Below, piece by piece: positions 10,318-19,344 of a stretch of 64,000 nt of DNA. This DNA is from a virus (Duplodnaviria; Caudoviricetes). Each line of letters starts with the position of its first letter. The first letter of the stretch is position 1. The notes beneath the pieces are model-generated. The model saw only the letters and a list, made by a program, of their open reading frames with translations, made no database searches and had not been told where the DNA came from. The stretch covers positions 1 through 64,000 of the IMG/VR virus record IMGVR_UViG_3300017914_003245. One strand, given 5' to 3'. Made by a program: the position numbers and the translations under genes.

Positions 10318-10723
10318 TTTACATAAAAACTTTCATCTCAGGCTGTTGCGTGGCAACAAACACTGTTCACGCGCTCCAATTCCGGACTTTTTATTAGACA
10401 AGAAAATAACTGGTGGTTTTGCTTACAGGCCTGGCGATCAACAATGTTGGCACACCAACTATGAGGGAGGTCATTCCGCGAGATGTTACCTGGTTTGGAG
10501 TCAAACCGGGGAGAGTGGTATGAGGTTTATAATAGATGGCGACATCAAAACATTCAAAGATGTTGCAGGATGGCAGTATAGAATTTTCAATGTACCTCAA
10601 CCACATTGCGTTTACGCGGAATGCAACAGGGTTAGTTACGGGTGGAGATTGCCTGTGACAAATGAACAGATATTAAACCCAATATCATTAGAGCATGCTG
10701 AAGATATATTACAGATTACCTAA
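10307..10723 (+). CDS. Putative 2OG-Fe(II) oxygenase-like (double-stranded beta-helix) protein
   Basis: WHTN...PHCV...NRVS gives an H-x-N...H metal triad variant plus an R-x-S 2-oxoglutarate-binding motif. It resembles small oxygenases of marine phages. Confidence 0.55.
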   Translation: MEINLHKNFHLRLLRGNKHCSRAPIPDFLLDKKITGGFAYRPGDQQCWHTNYEGGHSARCYLVWSQTGESGMRFIIDGDIKTFKDVAGWQYRIFNVPQPHCVYAECNRVSYGWRLPVTNEQILNPISLEHAEDILQIT

Positions 10724-11249
10724 CGGAAAAAACTTTGCTCATGTTAGTCATAGTGGTACCACCATGCTGGCTGCACATGCGTTGAAGTGGTACTACCCAG
10801 ATCGGTATAAACAGTGGATAAATGAAGGTTCACATGATCCTTGTTGGTATCTTGATGAACACTGGGCGAACAGATTGCCTCGAGATTGTCTTGTGATGGT
10901 CAGAGATCCAATAGAAAGATTTCAAAATATATTTACCAGTGGTGATTGTAATGTAGATGTGTTGAGGTTCGCATTGGAATGTGCACGCATGAGTAGTATA
11001 ACAACCAGATCTAAAACTGATAATATTTCAATCACTACTCTATACAATTTAATGCCAATTGATTTCATCGCGGAGAACGATTCATGTTTTATCAAATTTC
11101 CGAAAATACAACAAGCTTGCGAGTATCTTAACTTGAGGTATGACCCAAGCATACCCTCGGATACTAGGTCAAAACATGATATAGTGTTACCAGAATGGGT
11201 TGTAGAAAAACTACAGGATTCAATAGGTATCTGGGAGGCTTTGAGATGA
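10695..11249 (+). CDS. Sulfotransferase-like protein
   Basis: FAHVSHSGTTML resembles the 5'-PSB loop and VMVRDPIERF the 3'-PB motif. Confidence 0.55.
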   Translation: MLKIYYRLPNGKNFAHVSHSGTTMLAAHALKWYYPDRYKQWINEGSHDPCWYLDEHWANRLPRDCLVMVRDPIERFQNIFTSGDCNVDVLRFALECARMSSITTRSKTDNISITTLYNLMPIDFIAENDSCFIKFPKIQQACEYLNLRYDPSIPSDTRSKHDIVLPEWVVEKLQDSIGIWEALR

Positions 11250-11626
11250 ACATTGATAAAGATCAGCTTGGTTATCATTATTGTACGAATGATTGGTCGA
11301 TCCGATTTAAATACATTACGCTTAATAAGATAGAAAAAAAGATACCGGTTATGAAGCTCTACGAAGTCGCGAAGGTAATGAGAGTGGTGCCTTTTGATCA
11401 AATTTGTGTTAAACCGCTGAACGTTTACACATCCCGTTATGTGCATGCTGATTTTCGTTTTCCGGGCATATTAGCTGAAGATGTTGAGAACCCATGTAAT
11501 CTAAAGTATCGTTTGTGCGATGGACGACATCGTATCTACAAGATGAAAAACCATGGTTTAATTGACGGAGTGTTTCTTATTATAACTCGAGAAGATTTCA
11601 TGAAGGTCTTCAATAGTGTACCGTGA
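11246..11626 (+). CDS. ParB/sulfiredoxin-like nuclease-fold protein
   Basis: FPGIL...YRLCDGRHRIYK motif. The start is moved to the ATG at 11246 (ATGA overlap, GGAGG upstream). Confidence 0.55.
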   Translation: MNIDKDQLGYHYCTNDWSIRFKYITLNKIEKKIPVMKLYEVAKVMRVVPFDQICVKPLNVYTSRYVHADFRFPGILAEDVENPCNLKYRLCDGRHRIYKMKNHGLIDGVFLIITREDFMKVFNSVP

Positions 11627-11749
11627 TTAGTATTACTATTATTGAAAGATAAAAGAATCGTTTTCTCAAAAGATTGAATCCAAGCTCATAAATTAAAAAC
11701 AATATTGTAAGTTAATTCCCAAAAAATTCAAAAAACTGTATACATTAGT

Positions 11750-13129
11750 ATGGCGAAAATATTCCGCACAGAAGAGTTACAGGTCAATGGGGACAATATC
11801 CGCTTGACCGCAAGTATACCTGGCGTATTTGAGGTACGCAATTCAAGTAATGAAATCTTGATGACTAATGCTGACGTCGATAGTGACGTTTCTAGCTTGC
11901 AGTTCAAGAATGAAGATTTGGATAGCGATATCTCAAGTTTGCAATTCAAAGATGAGGATCTCGACAGCGATATCTCCAGTCTTCAGTTCAAGGACGAAGA
12001 TCTTGATAGCGATGTTTCTAGCCTTCAATTCAAGGACGAGGATTTAGACAGCGATGTCTCGAGTTTGCAGTTCAAGGATGAAGATTTAGATAGCGATATC
12101 TCAAGTTTGCAGTTCAAGGATGAGGATCTCGATAGCGATATCTCAAGCCTTCAGTTCAAGGACGAGGATTTAGACAGTGATGTCTCCAGCCTTCAGTTCA
12201 AAGATATTGATACTGACAGCGACCTTTCAAGCTTGGCTTTTAAGGACACAGATGTTGACAGCGATGTCTCCAGCCTTCAGTTCAAGGACGAAGATCTCGA
12301 CAGCGACGTCTCCAGTCTTCAGTTCAAGGATGAGGATTTAGATAGCGATATCTCCAGCCTTCAGTTCAAAGACGAAGATTTAGACAGCGACGTCTCCAGT
12401 CTTCAGTTCAAGGATGAGGATTTAGACAGTGATGTCTCTAGCCTTCAGTTCAAAGATGAAGATCTCGACAGCGATATCTCAAGTCTTCAGTTCAAGGACG
12501 AAGATCTCGACAGCGACGTCTCAAGTCTTCAGTTCAAGGACGAAGATCTCGATAGCGACGTCTCTAGCCTTCAGTTCAAGGACGAAGATCTCGACAGCGA
12601 TGTCTCCAGCCTTCAGTTCAAGGACGAGGATCTTGATAGCGATGTCTCTAGCCTTCAGTTCAAGGACGAAGATCTAGACAGCGATGTCTCCAGCCTTCAG
12701 TTCAAGGACGAGGATCTTGATAGCGATGTCTCCAGCCTTCAGTTCAAGGACGAAGATTTGGACAGCGATGTCTCTAGCCTTCAGTTCAAGGACGAAGATT
12801 TGGACAGCGATATCTCAAGCTTGTCAAAAGAAATCACCCGTAATGATACATATGCTCATGTTGAGACTGTGGCACAGGGAGTATCTCATATTGTAGTTCC
12901 TTTAACAGGAAGAGATTTCGAAGGACAGCTTCCTCACGTTACTGCAACTTTGTTGAGTGCTGGAGCTAATGATCCAATTATGGGAGTTATGTTGAGTGGT
13001 ATAGCTCATGACCCAGTATCAGGATTCGAAGGATCTGGCACAGACGTAGGTTTGGTTAACGCTACTTTCGTATTTTCTGACGAAATTCCGAGCGAGAACT
13101 ATAATCTTCAGATATTGTCTGCGGTATAA
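11750..13129 (+). CDS. Acidic 14-aa tandem-repeat fibre/whisker-like protein
   Basis: A short N-terminal domain, 22 full periods of DSD(V/I)SSLQFKDEDL, then a ~100-aa beta-rich C-terminal domain. Confidence 0.75.
   Translation: MAKIFRTEELQVNGDNIRLTASIPGVFEVRNSSNEILMTNADVDSDVSSLQFKNEDLDSDISSLQFKDEDLDSDISSLQFKDEDLDSDVSSLQFKDEDLDSDVSSLQFKDEDLDSDISSLQFKDEDLDSDISSLQFKDEDLDSDVSSLQFKDIDTDSDLSSLAFKDTDVDSDVSSLQFKDEDLDSDVSSLQFKDEDLDSDISSLQFKDEDLDSDVSSLQFKDEDLDSDVSSLQFKDEDLDSDISSLQFKDEDLDSDVSSLQFKDEDLDSDVSSLQFKDEDLDSDVSSLQFKDEDLDSDVSSLQFKDEDLDSDVSSLQFKDEDLDSDVSSLQFKDEDLDSDVSSLQFKDEDLDSDISSLSKEITRNDTYAHVETVAQGVSHIVVPLTGRDFEGQLPHVTATLLSAGANDPIMGVMLSGIAHDPVSGFEGSGTDVGLVNATFVFSDEIPSENYNLQILSAV
11873..12823 (+). 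repeat. 42-bp coding tandem repeat, about 22.6 units
   Basis: Units such as GATAGCGATGTCTCCAGCCTTCAGTTCAAGGACGAAGATCTC, with mostly synonymous variation. Confidence 0.97.
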
Positions 13130-13154
13130 TCATCGAGCAAGATTATTTATCTTG

Positions 13155-13180
13155 GGCGGCCCAAATGGGCCGCCTTTTTT
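13155..13180 (+). terminator. Rho-independent terminator
   Basis: GGCGGCCC-AAAT-GGGCCGCC is a perfect 8-bp stem followed by TTTTTT, directly after the repeat gene. Confidence 0.9.
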
Positions 13181-13185
13181 GTGTA
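13181..13185 (+). promoter_or_regulatory. GTGTA motif, putative phage late promoter
   Basis: GTGTA-ATTTTATAT-ATG, 9 nt before the start at 13195. Confidence 0.55.
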
Positions 13186-13194
13186 ATTTTATAT

Positions 13195-13866
13195 ATGGAT
13201 GAATTTGAAGAGTTTTTTGATAAAACTAAACAGGAAATAATTTCTCATTCAGAGGGAAATTTAGATGATGGCGCAGAAGGGCTTTCGAAAAAAGTAAACG
13301 CGGAGGAACAGAAAAAACTATTAAAGAAAAAATTTAATAAATTAAAACATAAAGCTTTATATATTAATGCTGAATATGAAGATGTGTGTGATATATTTGC
13401 TTATGCTAAAAAAGAATTTATAAGTGGTATGTTTGTGTATTGCGGAAGAAATAAAATTAAGCCGCCTTTTGCTGATAAAGAAGAAGAGGTTAAGGGAGAA
13501 AAGAGCGAAATGAATGATGAATTAAAAGACTTATATAGAGACATAGTTAAAGCTACTCATCCAGACATGACCAAAAACTTATCAGAGGAGGATATAGAAC
13601 AGAGAAAAAAACTATACTTGGATGCAGTGCAAGGCAAAAAAGAAGGAAATTTCTGGGGAATACTAAAAGCAGCGCTAGAATTAGATATGCCTATAAAGGA
13701 ATTATCTTTCTCTTATTTAGAAGAGTTAGAGGATTCAATTAATAATTTAGAGGAAAATATTAAAATAATGAAAAACGACCTTATGTATCAATGGTATTAT
13801 GCGCCAGAAGGTATACAACTTAGTATATTTGAACAATTAACACAAAACCAAGAAAAATATGAATAA
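13195..13866 (+). CDS. J-domain (DnaJ-like, HPD) protein
   Basis: LKDLYRDIVKATHPD helix II-HPD motif within a coiled-coil protein. The start is moved from 13165 (inside the terminator) to the ATG at 13195. Confidence 0.65.
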   Translation: MDEFEEFFDKTKQEIISHSEGNLDDGAEGLSKKVNAEEQKKLLKKKFNKLKHKALYINAEYEDVCDIFAYAKKEFISGMFVYCGRNKIKPPFADKEEEVKGEKSEMNDELKDLYRDIVKATHPDMTKNLSEEDIEQRKKLYLDAVQGKKEGNFWGILKAALELDMPIKELSFSYLEELEDSINNLEENIKIMKNDLMYQWYYAPEGIQLSIFEQLTQNQEKYE

Positions 13867-13868
13867 TT

Positions 13869-13877
13869 TGTTATAAT
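13869..13877 (+). promoter_or_regulatory. Extended -10 promoter (TGnTATAAT), probably leaderless
   Basis: TGTTATAAT with the ATG 5 nt downstream of the hexamer. No -35 is visible. Confidence 0.55.
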
Positions 13878-13882
13878 AATAT

Positions 13883-14071
13883 ATGATAGAATTTTATAAC
13901 GTAAAGAAAAAGAAGAAGGTGAATGTAGATCCGTCTAATGTATCAAAGCACGTCTATGAAAAAAAGACTAAAGCAGGTAAGCTTTCTGTTCGTTACGCAT
14001 TAAAAGCGGTTGACGAAGATGGAACTAAATTAACTAAATTTTGCAGTAAAGCAGATTACGATTCTGTGTGA
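13883..14071 (+). CDS. Small Lys-rich protein, possibly nucleic-acid binding
   Basis: 62 aa, strongly basic, beta-strand pattern, with its own promoter. Confidence 0.6.
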   Translation: MIEFYNVKKKKKVNVDPSNVSKHVYEKKTKAGKLSVRYALKAVDEDGTKLTKFCSKADYDSV

Positions 14072-14072
14072 A

Positions 14073-16655
14073 TTATTCAGAAACTATAAATGTTGCCGGA
14101 GTTGCGGTAGAAGTATTCGCAGCTCTATTGAGCTTATCCAAGTTGAATACGTGATCCCCATTTGAGTCTGTAACTCCCAAAGAATTGCAGACTGTAAATT
14201 TATTGTTTATATCATAAGAGTTGTCTAGCTGCACACCATCTTCAAAGGGTTCGTGTTGATAGTACGTTCCTCCATTTGGTGCAGATCCTCCTTCTGATAA
14301 ATTTTCAAAAGTTATGTTGGAGCCTTGCGTAACAGTGGTTCCTATATCTGCAAGGCCGGCACCTATGCTAGTTGGTGAGCAGCTAATAGTTCTTGCTATA
14401 AAGCCCTCAAGCTTATAGGTAGGATTTGTAGATATTGTAGTAGTCTCAATTCCTGCTAGGTTGACGGCGGAAACCTCCCAATAGAAAACTCCTTTTGTGT
14501 CTTGGTCTGTTATGGTCAGTGAGTATGCATTGCTTGATTTACCTACCCCTATTGCTGTTTGAGTTAATGACGAAGGATTTGTTTGGTCTGAATCAACTGA
14601 TAGAGAAGGATTGCTTAACATAATTTGAGATGTACTTAGGTAGAAATTATCTGAAGTTGCAGATGTAGAGGTCCTAAGTTGGCTGCTCAAATTATTGATT
14701 GAAATTGTTAATGGGGTATTCGCTATATTTATTATATCATAGACTTCAGTAACTGCTCCGTTTGAGAGCTTTGTGGCTTTAATTTTTAAATTATTTGATC
14801 CTCCGTCAATGTCTACATTGTATCCTCCGCTTGCATAATTTGCCTTTTTGAGTCCTTCGTATGTTGTATTGGATTCAATTGATAAATGATTTAATGGGGA
14901 GGAGTATTCTACTTCATCAAAATTTTCTACAATGTTTTCAAATTCTGCAAACTCTCCATTTTTAATTGCTTGCTGACCGGCAGGAAAAAATATTTCGTCA
15001 ATTTGAATTGTTGGAATTGTTCCGTTTTCTATAACAGCAGTATCTGTAGTTGTAGCTTTATCACTTAATGTATTAAAATTATTTCGAGCTATAAAGCTGG
15101 CAGATTGGTTTCCATCTCTGGAAGCGTCCCCCAAAGTTCCGAAGACTTTGATAGGAATACTATATTCGAAATTACCGTTAGGTAGGACTGTTGAGCTGTA
15201 GGAAGAATAACTTGTTTGTGATCCATTGGATATTCCTTCATTTCTTACTGATATTCGTATATCATTTATTCCAACTCCATTTCCGTCAACTTCTATTTTG
15301 GAATTAACTGTATCTCCCGCTTTCACTTCTGACTGGCCTATAATGTGTGGGGATGTGCTTGATGCGGCAAGAGAATCCATTTGGGTTGATACTATAACTG
15401 GGCCATTTGCTATTTTAACGTTTACGTATTCTGTGTCTGTAGCTCCGTTGTTTACTCTTTTAGCGGTAATTTTTATATTGTCTTGGTTTGAATAAATGCC
15501 ATCTTCATAGTTTACAATTTTTTGAAGTTCAAAGTCATTTGGATTGTTGATTGATATATCATCTGATAAAAGTTCATATGAAACTTCGTCTGTTCCATTG
15601 AGCCAATTTGATATACTATTGTTGAATGATGCAGATTCGTTTTCTCTGAGTCCATCTGTTCTTCCATTGTATGAGGTTGGATCTGACGCTAAAAGCTCTG
15701 GGTATGTTTGGTCTAAGCTTCTGATTCCGCTATTGTGGCCATAGTCAGATGACTCTCTTAATTCTCCTGTACTACCAAAACTATTTATTGCTTGTACTGC
15801 GACAGATAAATCTCCTTCTCTATCAGAAACGGTTACTGGGATTGTAGCTGTATATTTGCCGTTAAATTCTTCAAGATCGTAATAGGAAAAATCTATTTCA
15901 TCTGCAACTCCGTAATCATGAATTTTTATAGAGGTTACATCATCTGTGTCAAACTCTACAAAAACATTAATTTCATCTCCTTGTTTTAAATGAGTTTCTC
16001 CGAGTTCTTCTCCTGCTTTAGGGGTGGCATTTTCTACAGAATCTATATAAATATTTGTTGGTACTGGCCCGTAACCAAGTTCTATAATAGGTAGCACGAA
16101 TTGTCTCCCGTTTGCTTCTCCTGTAATTTCAGTTTGTCCCGTTATGTTTACATTATCTAAATAACCTTCAAATCTTCTTGTGTCTGTTCCGAGTTCTTTG
16201 ATATTTTCAAATGGAATGATCTCATTATTTATTTTTGCAACTCCAGAGTAAGTGGAATTTGGTCCATCCCAATGAATTGTGAATTTCATATCCTTAGCTG
16301 CCGCGACAGAAATCCCAGACAGGAACCTATTTGGGGTTGGGGTTTCATAATATGTTTTCTGGGTAACCCCAAGATTATCAACTGCGTCTGAAAAGTATAT
16401 AAATTTTGAGGAGCCTTCTATAGTTTGATCTCTTACGTCTTGTAGGGTCGCGACTCTAAGGTTATTGAATTTTAGTTCTTGTTTAAAATCTCCAGAAATA
16501 AAAGATACAGCATCCGTTGTTCTTACGTTTTGGTCTGGAGAGAAATTTAAACCTCCTATATGAATATTATCAAAATGACCCTCCGACCAAGCTTTATAGG
16601 ATCGTCCGATACCCCCTTCTCCGCTGTTTCTTGGTACTAAAAATCTTGTTGCCAT
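14073..16655 (-). CDS. Large beta-rich hypothetical protein, probably a virion structural protein
   Basis: 860 aa, S/T/N/G/D-rich with Ig-like periodicity. Preceded by the GTGTA motif. Confidence 0.55.
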   Translation of the reverse strand: MATRFLVPRNSGEGGIGRSYKAWSEGHFDNIHIGGLNFSPDQNVRTTDAVSFISGDFKQELKFNNLRVATLQDVRDQTIEGSSKFIYFSDAVDNLGVTQKTYYETPTPNRFLSGISVAAAKDMKFTIHWDGPNSTYSGVAKINNEIIPFENIKELGTDTRRFEGYLDNVNITGQTEITGEANGRQFVLPIIELGYGPVPTNIYIDSVENATPKAGEELGETHLKQGDEINVFVEFDTDDVTSIKIHDYGVADEIDFSYYDLEEFNGKYTATIPVTVSDREGDLSVAVQAINSFGSTGELRESSDYGHNSGIRSLDQTYPELLASDPTSYNGRTDGLRENESASFNNSISNWLNGTDEVSYELLSDDISINNPNDFELQKIVNYEDGIYSNQDNIKITAKRVNNGATDTEYVNVKIANGPVIVSTQMDSLAASSTSPHIIGQSEVKAGDTVNSKIEVDGNGVGINDIRISVRNEGISNGSQTSYSSYSSTVLPNGNFEYSIPIKVFGTLGDASRDGNQSASFIARNNFNTLSDKATTTDTAVIENGTIPTIQIDEIFFPAGQQAIKNGEFAEFENIVENFDEVEYSSPLNHLSIESNTTYEGLKKANYASGGYNVDIDGGSNNLKIKATKLSNGAVTEVYDIINIANTPLTISINNLSSQLRTSTSATSDNFYLSTSQIMLSNPSLSVDSDQTNPSSLTQTAIGVGKSSNAYSLTITDQDTKGVFYWEVSAVNLAGIETTTISTNPTYKLEGFIARTISCSPTSIGAGLADIGTTVTQGSNITFENLSEGGSAPNGGTYYQHEPFEDGVQLDNSYDINNKFTVCNSLGVTDSNGDHVFNLDKLNRAANTSTATPATFIVSE

Positions 16656-16664
16656 CTTATTTGT

Positions 16665-16669
16665 TACAC
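16665..16669 (-). promoter_or_regulatory. GTGTA motif, putative phage late promoter
   Basis: The minus strand reads GTGTA-ACAAATAAG-ATG, 9 nt before the start at 16655. Confidence 0.55.
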
Positions 16670-16678
16670 TTATTATAT

Positions 16679-17047
16679 CTAAAATGATATCTCATCTGTA
16701 AAAGCTTCCGGGCCAGTATTGAATCTAAAATGATTGTGTCTCAACGTTAAGTCTTCAGCGCTTGTGAGTACCCAGTGAGTATCTATTATTCCTTCTGCGT
16801 CTGTAGGGGTTATATCACCTTGTTCGTTTTCTTCAAAAGCTTCATTTAGATCATAAAATACAAAGTTTTTTATTTTTACATCACCAGTAATATAATCTAT
16901 AAAGTTTATGCCGCTAATTTCTAAATTTGCTGGGGCATTAACTGATTGTCTGCTTAATTCAAATAGTGGCTCAAATTGGTTGTCTCCAATAACATATTGA
17001 TCTTGCCCTATTTTTTTGAGGGGCTCTCTTATTTTTTTAAAGTCCAT
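16679..17047 (-). CDS. Hypothetical protein
   Basis: 122-aa ORF coupled (TAATG) to the upstream gene. Confidence 0.7.
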   Translation of the reverse strand: MDFKKIREPLKKIGQDQYVIGDNQFEPLFELSRQSVNAPANLEISGINFIDYITGDVKIKNFVFYDLNEAFEENEQGDITPTDAEGIIDTHWVLTSAEDLTLRHNHFRFNTGPEAFTDEISF

Positions 17048-17919
17048 TATCTATTATATGCGTCAGATTCGCCAGTTTCTCGATAAGTAATATTATAGGT
17101 TATGTCAAACCCAGAAATAGTGTGCGGTCTTTTTACGTAAATTCTTCTAGCTTCATCTATACTTAATGTGACGGAAGAATCTGAATATAAATATAAGATT
17201 CCGTCGTTTTCTTTATCTCCCGCTAATTCATCTTCGTAAGTTTTGTCTATAGTATGAAATTGAATTGGATATGGAGAGTCATTGAATAATGTAATACTAT
17301 CTGCGAGTCCTGCATCATACAATTCTGAGAAATCTGTAAGTTCATAAGAATTAATTGGGCTTGCGTCTTGATTAACAAACCTTAATCCATATCTTGTGTC
17401 GGTATGAAATGTTTCTTTGGTGTCAATATCTCTGTTTTCTGGAGTTGATTCTGAGTGAATATAATGGTTTACATGTCCAGTTTCGAGCATGCTTGGATTT
17501 GTTCTTCCGTTTTGATAGTATATGTTATATATATCATCCATTATCCCTCTGTCTACCCCGTATGTATCTCCTTCTTGAATGCCATATCTGTCATCATAGG
17601 AAATATCTTCCATTAGAATGAAATCTTCTTCTATTGATCTAACCACTGTTTTTGTAATTAATCTATAGTTTTCTCCAAGACCTTGAGAAAAAACCTCTTC
17701 TATGCCTGAGGTTAGTCCTGATATTAAATCAGAAAAGTTTTTAATGTCAAAATCTCCACCACCTATAATGCCATTTCCGCCTAGACCTCCAGTGAATGGT
17801 TGCCACCTAGAGTCTTCAGGGGACCAGCTGTAAATAAATGAAGCTTGAGGAGAAAGTGAGTCAAGCCTTGTTATGTCCCCATATAGAGGATTATTCTTAA
17901 AATATTCTGCATCTGACAT
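17047..17919 (-). CDS. Hypothetical acidic protein, possibly structural
   Basis: 290-aa ORF preceded by the GTGTA motif. Confidence 0.7.
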   Translation of the reverse strand: MSDAEYFKNNPLYGDITRLDSLSPQASFIYSWSPEDSRWQPFTGGLGGNGIIGGGDFDIKNFSDLISGLTSGIEEVFSQGLGENYRLITKTVVRSIEEDFILMEDISYDDRYGIQEGDTYGVDRGIMDDIYNIYYQNGRTNPSMLETGHVNHYIHSESTPENRDIDTKETFHTDTRYGLRFVNQDASPINSYELTDFSELYDAGLADSITLFNDSPYPIQFHTIDKTYEDELAGDKENDGILYLYSDSSVTLSIDEARRIYVKRPHTISGFDITYNITYRETGESDAYNR

Positions 17920-17931
17920 CTCAGATGCTAT

Positions 17932-17936
17932 TACAC
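17932..17936 (-). promoter_or_regulatory. GTGTA motif, putative phage late promoter
   Basis: AAAA-GTGTA-12 nt-ATG(17919), in the 24-bp gap after the early operon. Confidence 0.5.
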
Positions 17937-17943
17937 TTTTTTT

Positions 17944-18288
17944 CTAGCCCTTGTCGAGAGGATGTTTAATTCCTCTTCTTTTCTTGCTGTATTCCTTAAA
18001 GTATTTTTTTTGAACGGGGTCGTACCCAAGTTTATCTTTGCGTTTTTGGCTCATTTCTTTGCTGTGATCCATGATGTCTCCATATGTGCCTTTTTGATTA
18101 CCTGTTTTATTGATAAACGCATGATTATCAAAGGGGTCTGTTTGAGAGTCTATGCTTGTTTGAGGACTGTGAAATACGCGCTTCCACTCTACCCCTTCTT
18201 TGTCTACATATACGTGTTGATCATTCATTCCTTGTAATACATCTATGGTTTCAGATGTCACTGGGTGTTCGTATGTATAAAGAGGCAT
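17944..18288 (-). CDS. FmdB-family-like small protein (zinc-ribbon type lacking Cys)
   Basis: The N-terminus MPLYTYEHPVTSE...WKRVF matches the MPxYxY...RV FmdB pattern, but the cysteines are absent. Confidence 0.5.
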   Translation of the reverse strand: MPLYTYEHPVTSETIDVLQGMNDQHVYVDKEGVEWKRVFHSPQTSIDSQTDPFDNHAFINKTGNQKGTYGDIMDHSKEMSQKRKDKLGYDPVQKKYFKEYSKKRRGIKHPLDKG

Positions 18289-19343
18289 TAGTTTAATATT
18301 TTATTTAATGTATTTACATAGGTGAATTTATCTTTTAATTTTTCACCTTCTGTATTGTTTATTTTACATTTTGTTTCTGCTTTTTCCATGGCTGATATGA
18401 ATTCATCTTCGTCAAAAGTACTTATATTACCTTGATTAAATGGACTATTTTTATGAAAGAATATGTCGTCATAAATGGGCTCTGATCCATTTGGTTCAAC
18501 TAAGATAGAGTTTTCTTTTGTAGCCCAATCTTTGTGGCTTGTTGAGTTTAAAACTACACTCCATTTTCCTAGGCATGTAGCGTTAAATGATGGAAGGTTC
18601 CAACCTTCTGCGCCACTCATTCCGCCAAGGTCGATATCTATAGAGTTTAGATAATCATTAACTTCTGAGTTCTTTGGCATAAATGGCAGAAAGTTAATGT
18701 TTCCGTATCTTTTTCCCTGAAGTACATTGCTTAATGTGTTCTGCATGTCTTCCTTCTTATAGAAAGGGTTTGATACGCAACAGGTAAGTTGATAATTGTA
18801 ATTATTACCATATTTTTTAGCCCAGCATCTAATTATTTTTTCTGTATGCTTTCTCTTCTCAAATTTCCCCATAAGGCCAAAATGTATTTTATTGGGAAGG
18901 TATTCTTTGTTTGTCTTATGAAAAGATTCATCAAATCCTAGAGGAGCATAATGAGAATCTTTGAATCTTTCTGCAGCGTGAGAACTACTAAAGACACATT
19001 TATCTTGAACTCTTGCTAAACTGATTTCCGCCTCGGTAGGTTCGTCAAGCTCATAAAAAGTATAAAGGATTTGCCTGCTAGTAATTCTATGCTCAGATCC
19101 ATTAAGGTGCCACATTTGTAATGTGGTTAAATCTTTTTCGAGTTTTTTATATCTGTTTTTGCCTGCCTCTTCGAGCCATTTTTTAAATTCAGAATCTTCT
19201 TCAGAAAATGCAGAGGCGTCAATTTTACCTATTGGAAAAAAAGCTACATCCATATTTAATTTAAACATGGATTTGAGTAGGTTATAAGATACATTACCAA
19301 AAGATAATGTATTTATTGGACCTTTGTATACTAATCTATCCAT
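18288..19343 (-). CDS. Glycosyltransferase, GT4-like (GT-B)
   Basis: FGLMGKFEKRK...SGAEGWNLPSFNATCLGKWSVV resembles the EGF/WxLP..EA..G GT4 signature. The start is moved to the ATG at 19343. Confidence 0.75.
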   Translation of the reverse strand: MDRLVYKGPINTLSFGNVSYNLLKSMFKLNMDVAFFPIGKIDASAFSEEDSEFKKWLEEAGKNRYKKLEKDLTTLQMWHLNGSEHRITSRQILYTFYELDEPTEAEISLARVQDKCVFSSSHAAERFKDSHYAPLGFDESFHKTNKEYLPNKIHFGLMGKFEKRKHTEKIIRCWAKKYGNNYNYQLTCCVSNPFYKKEDMQNTLSNVLQGKRYGNINFLPFMPKNSEVNDYLNSIDIDLGGMSGAEGWNLPSFNATCLGKWSVVLNSTSHKDWATKENSILVEPNGSEPIYDDIFFHKNSPFNQGNISTFDEDEFISAMEKAETKCKINNTEGEKLKDKFTYVNTLNKILN

Positions 19344-19344
19344 A

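Noticed and set aside
11627-11749. ncRNA or tRNA in the intergenic gaps (also 21157-21329 and 29534-29589)
   Set aside because: The gaps are short and very AT-rich, with no cloverleaf or stable stem visible. The main signals are promoter-like, including a 15-bp near-match ATTCAAAAAA(C/T)TGTA at 11726-11740 and at 21251-21265 (minus).
11873-12823. CRISPR array
   Set aside because: The units are contiguous 42-bp in-frame coding repeats with no unique spacers, and no cas genes are present.
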